37,670 bases of DNA from an uncultured Candidatus Peribacteria bacterium (GTDB lineage: Bacteria; Patescibacteriota; Gracilibacteria; Peribacterales; Peribacteraceae): positions 1 through 37,670 of the forward strand of contig CAYGDM010000002.1 in the NCBI GenBank assembly GCA_964348685.1, in the 5' to 3' direction. The first letter of the stretch is position 1. Each line of letters begins with the position of its first letter. The position numbers were made by a program, and so were the translations under genes. Under the pieces are notes generated by a model. The model was not told the origin of the DNA. It did no database searches and worked only from the letters and a program-made list of their open reading frames with translations. Shown here in pieces: positions 32,741 to 37,670 of this stretch.

Positions 32741-33823
32741 CTACACCAGCGCGGCGTGTCCATTTGTGGTCAGCTTGGCCCTTGCATCCAAGATCGCATC
32801 GGGCAAAATCAGCGGGTCCAGCGGGTCGATATCTGCGATCACATGGCCGTAGACGGTCTGCGTCATATCCAGTCCGTGACGCATTGCGGCGGCGACGTTG
32901 ATCGGTTGCCAGCCTGCACGCAAAAGCATCGACGCATAGCTGTGGCGGAAGGTCATCGGCGTTATCAGCGGGAAGCCCGCAGCCTTGACCGCTGGATTGA
33001 ATACGCGGGTGCGCCAGTTGTCGTAGCGGGTCTTGCCCCACGGACCGTTTGGAATTACCGTCTGCGATCCGGCCTGACGCCAGCGCTCCAAATCCTCGAT
33101 CAAAAAGTCCCACACCCGCACCGTGTCCACGCGGTTGGACTTCTCTGCACGCACGATGATCGACCGTTCCTGAATGCGATCCCAAGTCAGTCGATGCACT
33201 TCCCCAGGCCGAAGGCCCGCGTAGGCCATAAGAGCTATGTAGATTCGATCCTGCTCGCGGTCCATCTTGGCGATCACTGACTCGATTTGCCGTGGCGATA
33301 AGACCTTCACTGGTTCGCTCGCGGGGATCTTCGGTGGCCGCACGACCATCGCGGGGTTGCCCTGCAAGTGGCCCTCCTCGACTGCGAAGTTCAAAAGCAT
33401 CTTCAAGTATTTCAGCGCCCGCGCCCGCGCATCCGGCGGCACCCCCGCACTCGCAAGGTCGCGCTGCCAGCCCTTCACGAACGGCGCGTCGATGTACTCC
33501 ACCTTCGCTGATCCGATCCACTTCATTATGTGCAGCTCGATCACACCCGTATACGTCCGGCGAGTGTTCGGGGCTAGCGATAAGGCGTGATCCGAGTCCA
33601 GCCAGTCGGCACCCACCTGCAAAAGCGTCACCGATCGGCGCGGCCTGTGACCCCCGCGCATCTGTCGTTCGAGTGTGAGCTGCGCGCACCATGAATCAGC
33701 CCACGCCTTCTGATCGAAGGTCCGACTCCGGCGTGACCCCGTCGCGTCCGTCCATCGCACGCGCCATTTTCCCGAAGTCAGTTTCGTCGGACTTGGCATG
33801 GCGGGAAGGTACTCGTTTTGCAC
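32741..33823 (-). CDS. int: Tyrosine integrase
   Basis: N-terminal arm-binding-like GKWRVRWTDATGSRRSRTF. Catalytic region YAGLRPGEVHRLTW ... FRHSYASMLLRAG ... MRHGLDMTQTVYGHV. Start is GTG 33823 or ATG 33799. Confidence 0.9.
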   Translation of the reverse strand: MQNEYLPAMPSPTKLTSGKWRVRWTDATGSRRSRTFDQKAWADSWCAQLTLERQMRGGHRPRRSVTLLQVGADWLDSDHALSLAPNTRRTYTGVIELHIMKWIGSAKVEYIDAPFVKGWQRDLASAGVPPDARARALKYLKMLLNFAVEEGHLQGNPAMVVRPPKIPASEPVKVLSPRQIESVIAKMDREQDRIYIALMAYAGLRPGEVHRLTWDRIQERSIIVRAEKSNRVDTVRVWDFLIEDLERWRQAGSQTVIPNGPWGKTRYDNWRTRVFNPAVKAAGFPLITPMTFRHSYASMLLRAGWQPINVAAAMRHGLDMTQTVYGHVIADIDPLDPLILPDAILDARAKLTTNGHAALV

Positions 33824-34004
33824 TCTGGATGCAAGTCACCTTCCGCGCTTCTAGGTATGCGTCGAGGTCTGCGGGGTCGATGCGCCACACCGAACGGATC
33901 TTGACGGCGGCGAGGTTGCGGTCCGCAATCTCTTGGCGGACGGTTTCTTTGCGCAGGTTCAAGCGACCGGCTACCTGCTCGACTGTTAGGAGGTTGGCGG
34001 TCAT
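33696..34004 (-). CDS. xis: Excisionase-family HTH (HTH_17 / MerR-like) protein
   Basis: LLTVEQVAGRLNLRKETVRQEIADRNLAAVKIRSVWRIDPADLDAYLE. It lies directly upstream of int, and its 3' part overlaps int by 104-128 nt. Confidence 0.7.
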   Translation of the reverse strand: MTANLLTVEQVAGRLNLRKETVRQEIADRNLAAVKIRSVWRIDPADLDAYLEARKVTCIQSAKRVPSRHAKSDETDFGKMARAMDGRDGVTPESDLRSEGVG

Positions 34005-34441
34005 TGCCCCTTGTCCTCCAAAATCTCCAAAGCCTGCTCGTATCGGCGGCGGAGTGATTCGTCGTTTGTGTGGCGTCGTTCTGGTGAGAGGTTGTCGCGG
34101 AGGTCTGCGATCTTGACTTCGATTGCGATTTCGCTTCCGAGGCGGTTGGGGTTCAAGATTCCTTCGATGTGTTGCATATAAGTGCGGTCGCTTTTGTAGT
34201 GAGTGAGAAGCTTCACCGCATCGATGATCTCTTCCGAGAATCCCAGCCGACCCAACGCGCGACTAGTCAGCCGCGTGTCCTCAAGAATGTCGTGAAGCCA
34301 AGCCGCAGCCTGCGCGTCGTCGTCGCCTTCGACCATCGCCACAACTCGTTCTAGATGTTCAACGTAAGGCCGTCCAGACTTATCGACTTGATCCCGGTGC
34401 ATCCAACGGGCTAGGGCTTCTGCGAACTCTGTTTCGTTCAT
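34001..34441 (-). CDS. SpoT/Mesh1-type HD-domain hydrolase (small alarmone hydrolase-like)
   Basis: HRDQVDKSGRPYVEHLERVV ... AAAWLHDILEDTRLT ... IIDAVKLLTH matches the RelA/SpoT hydrolase (HD_4) signature. No synthetase domain is present. Confidence 0.75.
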   Translation of the reverse strand: MNETEFAEALARWMHRDQVDKSGRPYVEHLERVVAMVEGDDDAQAAAWLHDILEDTRLTSRALGRLGFSEEIIDAVKLLTHYKSDRTYMQHIEGILNPNRLGSEIAIEVKIADLRDNLSPERRHTNDESLRRRYEQALEILEDKGQ

Positions 34442-34710
34442 TGCCCCTTGTCCTCCTGGACTTGGTTTTGTGTCGCGGCATCGGGCTTACGTTCATGCCA
34501 TTGCGCGTGATAGCCGAGTTCTTCAAGGGCGTATTCGATGAACTCTTTAGCCATTGCCGTGTCGCCTTCTTCGAGATACTTCAAGGCGCGGCGACAGTTG
34601 CGAGCTGGGTTTACTGCGGGCCAGCGGGCGTCCTCGCAACGTTCACACACGAACTTGACCGCGATCTCTGCGTTCGGTTTCAGAAAGACCGTTTGCCCCT
34701 CCCCGCTCAT
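34438..34710 (-). CDS. Hypothetical protein
   Basis: 90 aa with ATGA overlaps at both ends. Confidence 0.55.
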   Translation of the reverse strand: MSGEGQTVFLKPNAEIAVKFVCERCEDARWPAVNPARNCRRALKYLEEGDTAMAKEFIEYALEELGYHAQWHERKPDAATQNQVQEDKGQ

Positions 34711-35066
34711 GCGCTGTCCTCCGAGGATTGATTTGTGGCGACCTCAAACGATGTGTCAACGATCCGTCGGGCTTTGTCCTCCGCTTCTTTTTCCGCGTTG
34801 GCTCTGGCTTTCTTGGCGTCGGCGCGTTTTGCGCTTTCGGTGCGAGCCTTGTCTAGCTTGGCTTGGAGTTTGGTCAGGGCTTGGTCGCGGGTTTTGCTGT
34901 AGGCGAAGGCGGTATCACACCACCGGTAGCTACCCCATTCGCCGCCACTCCACAAGAAGCACTGGCGCTCGGCAATCCACCGCTTCCGTCCGCGCCAACC
35001 CGCGCCATCGGGATTCTGGTAGGAGACTGTTCGTGTGTCTCCCCGCTTTGGCTTGTCTTTGCTCAT
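34707..35066 (-). CDS. Hypothetical protein (Trp-rich N-terminus, Lys/Ala-rich helix)
   Basis: 119 aa with ATGA overlaps at both ends. Confidence 0.55.
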   Translation of the reverse strand: MSKDKPKRGDTRTVSYQNPDGAGWRGRKRWIAERQCFLWSGGEWGSYRWCDTAFAYSKTRDQALTKLQAKLDKARTESAKRADAKKARANAEKEAEDKARRIVDTSFEVATNQSSEDSA

Positions 35067-35323
35067 TGGCTGCTGTCCTCTGGGTTGTTCTGGGTGGGGG
35101 TTGCGAGCAAAGCGTCCAAGACTCTTGTCAGCCGGTTGATTTCAGTCTTTTGCCTGATGATCTTCTGCGACATTCCGTATGTGGACTTCGAGTGTTCTGC
35201 TTCGATGCGCTCCAACTTCGCCGCAAGTTCCGCCGCCCGTGCGCGTTCAACCCGCGCTTCGCGTTCCGCTCGACCAACCCGCTTACGCAGACTGCGTTCA
35301 ATCATGTTCTTTGCGCCGCCCAT
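35063..35323 (-). CDS. Hypothetical coiled-coil protein
   Basis: 86 aa with a TAATG overlap upstream. Confidence 0.5.
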   Translation of the reverse strand: MGGAKNMIERSLRKRVGRAEREARVERARAAELAAKLERIEAEHSKSTYGMSQKIIRQKTEINRLTRVLDALLATPTQNNPEDSSQ

Positions 35324-35805
35324 TACTTACTGCCTCTGGACTCGGGGGTTTCAGGATTAGGGCCGCGCGTCGTTGTCGCGTTCCCGTCTTGGCTTTGTCC
35401 TCGCGTGGCGGCGCGAAAGTTGCGGCCTCCGGGTAGCTGGCATGTTCCGTCGCACGAGGGGCAGAACGATTTGCAGGGCGTAATGCAGTCGGGGCAAGGC
35501 GCTTGGTCGGGAAGCTCGGGGTCGGCGACGCTCGGCACCATGATCCAGCCATAGTCGTTACAGGTTTCACAGGCGGGGACGGCAACGATGCTCACTCGCA
35601 CCTCGCCGAGAATCGCCGGATCAAGCTGGTGTTGAAGCATGAAGTTCTCGCCGTAAATCTCGCCGCAGTTTTCACCGGGCTTCGCCACTCCCTCTACTGT
35701 GACCGGAGCGAACCGAGGCCCGTCAGCCACCGTGATCGCCACGCGAGATGTAGCGTTGAAGTTCTCAACCCGCGACGCTAGACCTTTATCTTGATTTTCG
35801 TTCAC
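35323..35805 (-). CDS. Cys-rich hypothetical protein
   Basis: CETCNDYGW, CPDC and CPSCDGTC motifs. GTGA overlap upstream. The C-terminus contains NPETPE. Confidence 0.55.
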   Translation of the reverse strand: MNENQDKGLASRVENFNATSRVAITVADGPRFAPVTVEGVAKPGENCGEIYGENFMLQHQLDPAILGEVRVSIVAVPACETCNDYGWIMVPSVADPELPDQAPCPDCITPCKSFCPSCDGTCQLPGGRNFRAATRGQSQDGNATTTRGPNPETPESRGSK

Positions 35806-36677
35806 TTACTCTCGCCCCCTGTAGTTGGGTTGGTGGGTTCTGTGGTGGCGGCTTCTAGGGCTTGGGTCGGAGTGTCGCCCTCCGCCAATAGTCGCCCTAC
35901 TCCGTCGCACTGATTCGAGTCGTCGTAGATTGAGTAGCTGTCTGCGCGGAATGGCCCGTCAAGTTCTTCGACGGTCTTGATCGTCTGTGTCGGCGACACA
36001 ACGAATGTTCCGAGGCCCGCCGCCAACTCATCAATCCTCCTCCGCTCATCTGCACGTATCTCGGCTTCTTGGTCGTTCGACTGCTGACCTTCCTTGAAAC
36101 CGATCTTGTATTCGTTCGTTCCGCGAACCAAGTCGCCAGCCCAGCCAGTCGGTGATTCAGGCTCGGCTTCATTGGGGGAGGGGGTTGTGGCGGCTTCTAG
36201 GGCTTCGGTCAGAGTCGCACCATTGAATACATCGCCCGTGTCGTCGTCGGTAAGTTGCACAAGCTCGTAGGGGTCGTCCTCAAAGATCGAAGCCGTGAAG
36301 CCCTGCCCTTCGGCAACCGACCACGCCAACCCATCAATCCTCCTCCGCTCATCTGCACGTATCTCGGCTTCATTGGGGGTTGTGGCGATAGCGGCGGCGA
36401 GATCGTTCGCACATTTGAGGAGTACGGCAGCACCGTCATCCTCGCCAAGTTCCTCTGCGGCATTAGCCTGATCGTTCCATTGGTAGATCAGATCGTGAAT
36501 CTCCGCCGCTCCCCCGTCGTCAGGCTTGGTGGTGTCTAGGTGCTGCTTGGCGGCGGCGGCACGCTCATCCAAACCCTCCAGCCACGCAACCTGCCCTTGG
36601 GCAGTACCGGGAAATGGGCGGGTCGAAGCCGCCACCATCGCTTGCAAGTGTTCACGGTCTGTCTGTGCGTCAGTCAT
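35802..36677 (-). CDS. Acidic hypothetical protein built from two tandem modules of roughly 100-114 aa
   Basis: The internal ATG at 36677 overlaps the upstream stop by 8 nt. EAEIRADERRRID and T(E/Q)ALEAATT each occur twice. Confidence 0.55.
   Translation of the reverse strand: MTDAQTDREHLQAMVAASTRPFPGTAQGQVAWLEGLDERAAAAKQHLDTTKPDDGGAAEIHDLIYQWNDQANAAEELGEDDGAAVLLKCANDLAAAIATTPNEAEIRADERRRIDGLAWSVAEGQGFTASIFEDDPYELVQLTDDDTGDVFNGATLTEALEAATTPSPNEAEPESPTGWAGDLVRGTNEYKIGFKEGQQSNDQEAEIRADERRRIDELAAGLGTFVVSPTQTIKTVEELDGPFRADSYSIYDDSNQCDGVGRLLAEGDTPTQALEAATTEPTNPTTGGESK
36029..36068. repeat. 40-bp perfect direct repeat, copy 1 (copy 2 at 36332..36371, 303 bp away and in frame)
   Basis: catcaatcctcctccgctcatctgcacgtatctcggcttc is present at both positions. 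A second 19-bp pair, gtggcggcttctagggctt, lies at 35845 and 36187. Confidence 0.9.
36332..36371. repeat. 40-bp perfect direct repeat, copy 2
   Basis: Identical to 36029..36068. Confidence 0.9.
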
Positions 36678-37584
36678 GGTTGGGCTTCTCCGTTTCACTG
36701 TTGGGGTTGAGGACGGTGATGAGGTTCTTCGAGTTTTCGAGCATCGACGCGGCGGTTTCGTAGGCATGCGCGATATTCGGATAGCCGTCACTCCGCGCGC
36801 GGCCAGCTTCTTCAAACATGTAGGCGACGATTTTTTGCACCGCCGCCGCTTCAACCACCTGATCCCTAGATGAGGCTCCGGCTTGGTGGCCTTCTTTCCA
36901 TGCGGCGTTGGCAATTGCGGGTTCGCGGTATCCGATCAATGGCGTCGTGCCGTCTAATCGTCCGTGTTCACCGATGTAAATTGAATCCCCGAATCGGTAG
37001 GGGCCTTCCCCCTGTATGGGAACGGGCTGGGCGGTGTGGACGTACTGCTTCATGCAGTTGTCGATGAGGGTCTTTAGTTCTGCGGCAATGCCGCGCAGTT
37101 CTTCTGCCATACGGTCGCCAGTTTGAACCTCGCCGTAAGGCTCGAATACGTTTGTTGTCGTGGACCCCTCAACGCTGTTCGCTCGCCGCTCCAACTTCTC
37201 CCTGAAAATGTCCAGATCAAAGATCGTTCCGGTTGGTTGGTCGGGCTGTGTGGGCGGTGAGGGGTTTGCTTTGCCGGTGCAGAACGGACAATGCACCCAG
37301 TCGATTCCGTTGAGGCTGTGCAGGATTCTTGACCCGCCGCAGTCCTCGCACTTCGAGAGTTCGGGGGTTTCGGGATTATTGGCCTGCGGCCCGGTGTCGT
37401 GGTTGGCGTTTCCTTCTGCCGTCTGCTCGCGCGTGGCGGTGACCGGGTTGGCGCGAAGCCCACGCTCAAGGCCGTTCAGTTCTGTCGCCAGCATTTCCAG
37501 CGCCGAGCCTTCGGTGCCACCGGGCATGTCAGCTCGCATGAGCATCGAGCGAATCTGATCTGCGATTCGCAATCTTTCCGCCAC
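36670..37584 (-). CDS. Hypothetical protein with a zinc-ribbon motif
   Basis: 304 aa with CEDCGG...CPFC. The GTG start lacks an SD, so the start is uncertain. Contains NNPETPE. Confidence 0.5.
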   Translation of the reverse strand: MAERLRIADQIRSMLMRADMPGGTEGSALEMLATELNGLERGLRANPVTATREQTAEGNANHDTGPQANNPETPELSKCEDCGGSRILHSLNGIDWVHCPFCTGKANPSPPTQPDQPTGTIFDLDIFREKLERRANSVEGSTTTNVFEPYGEVQTGDRMAEELRGIAAELKTLIDNCMKQYVHTAQPVPIQGEGPYRFGDSIYIGEHGRLDGTTPLIGYREPAIANAAWKEGHQAGASSRDQVVEAAAVQKIVAYMFEEAGRARSDGYPNIAHAYETAASMLENSKNLITVLNPNSETEKPNHD

Positions 37585-37670
37585 GCGGGACGTAGGGCCG
37601 TCTTTCGCAACTTCGGACGCGCGACCGTAATCCTGATCTTTTTCGTTCCGTTCTGGCTTCTGTAGTTCAG

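Larger units (their letters stand above)
1..37670 (-). mobile_element. Temperate siphovirus genome (HK97-like head module, tyrosine integrase, CI/Cro-type switch); probably complete and circularly permuted
   Basis: All phage modules are present (immunity, recombination, int/xis, terminase, portal, protease, capsid, tail, lysis). There are no host housekeeping genes. Transcription is almost entirely unidirectional with overlapping stop/start codons. Confidence 0.85.

Noticed and set aside
32502-33692. 396-aa minus-strand ORF overlapping the integrase in another frame.
   Set aside because: It is an Arg/Gly/Ala-rich alternate frame of a clearly recognisable tyrosine integrase, and it has no independent signals.
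34538-35554. 338-aa plus-strand ORF spanning four minus-strand genes.
   Set aside because: The translation is rich in Arg, Ser and Cys at low complexity. There are no start signals. The minus-strand genes have coupled ATGA junctions and SDs.

Overview
The window reads as one high-GC temperate siphovirus (HK97-type head) of an actinobacterial host, probably a complete genome opened at an arbitrary point. About 65 genes are packed on the minus strand, and most are joined by ATGA, TGATG or GTGA stop/start overlaps. Only two convincing genes sit on the plus strand: an XRE/CI-like repressor (5709..6068) and a secreted HExxH protein (6233..6799).

Reading the minus strand downward from the divergent switch at about 5600-5710:
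- Cro-like gene, small Cys-rich and HTH proteins, ERF-family annealase, Gam-like coiled-coil protein, replisome-organizer-like protein, and a gene ending in a coding hexanucleotide microsatellite at the window edge.
- After a likely wrap to 37670: uncharacterised early genes, a SpoT/Mesh1-type HD hydrolase, xis, a tyrosine integrase, and a noncoding attP candidate.
- A Cys/His-rich ORF coupled to an SPPY (m4C-type) methyltransferase, an HTH protein, an mIHF-like protein, RusA and an HNH protein.
- A roughly 310 bp structured noncoding region, then a membrane-anchored lytic transglycosylase, small ORFs and a tail-fibre-like protein.
- TerS, TerL, a portal-MuF fusion, protease, major capsid, head-tail connectors, major tail protein and the G/T chaperones.
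- Tape measure, an inserted HNH endonuclease, Dit-like and Tal-like tail proteins, a lysis cassette and a strong intrinsic terminator (6813..6840).

No rRNA, tRNA, CRISPR array, reverse transcriptase or transposase was recognised. I cannot name one clearly novel system with confidence. The best candidates for follow-up are:
- the HD alarmone-hydrolase/xis/int/attP/Cys-rich ORF/m4C-methyltransferase neighbourhood
- the repressor-linked secreted HExxH moron with its convergent overlapping small ORF
- the displaced transglycosylase plus fibre module upstream of the terminase
- a small late-operon ORF interrupted by an in-frame TGA
- the coding microsatellite
- the repeated GGAGGACA-N-ATGA gene junctions

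All family assignments come from motif recognition by eye and need HMM or structure searches.
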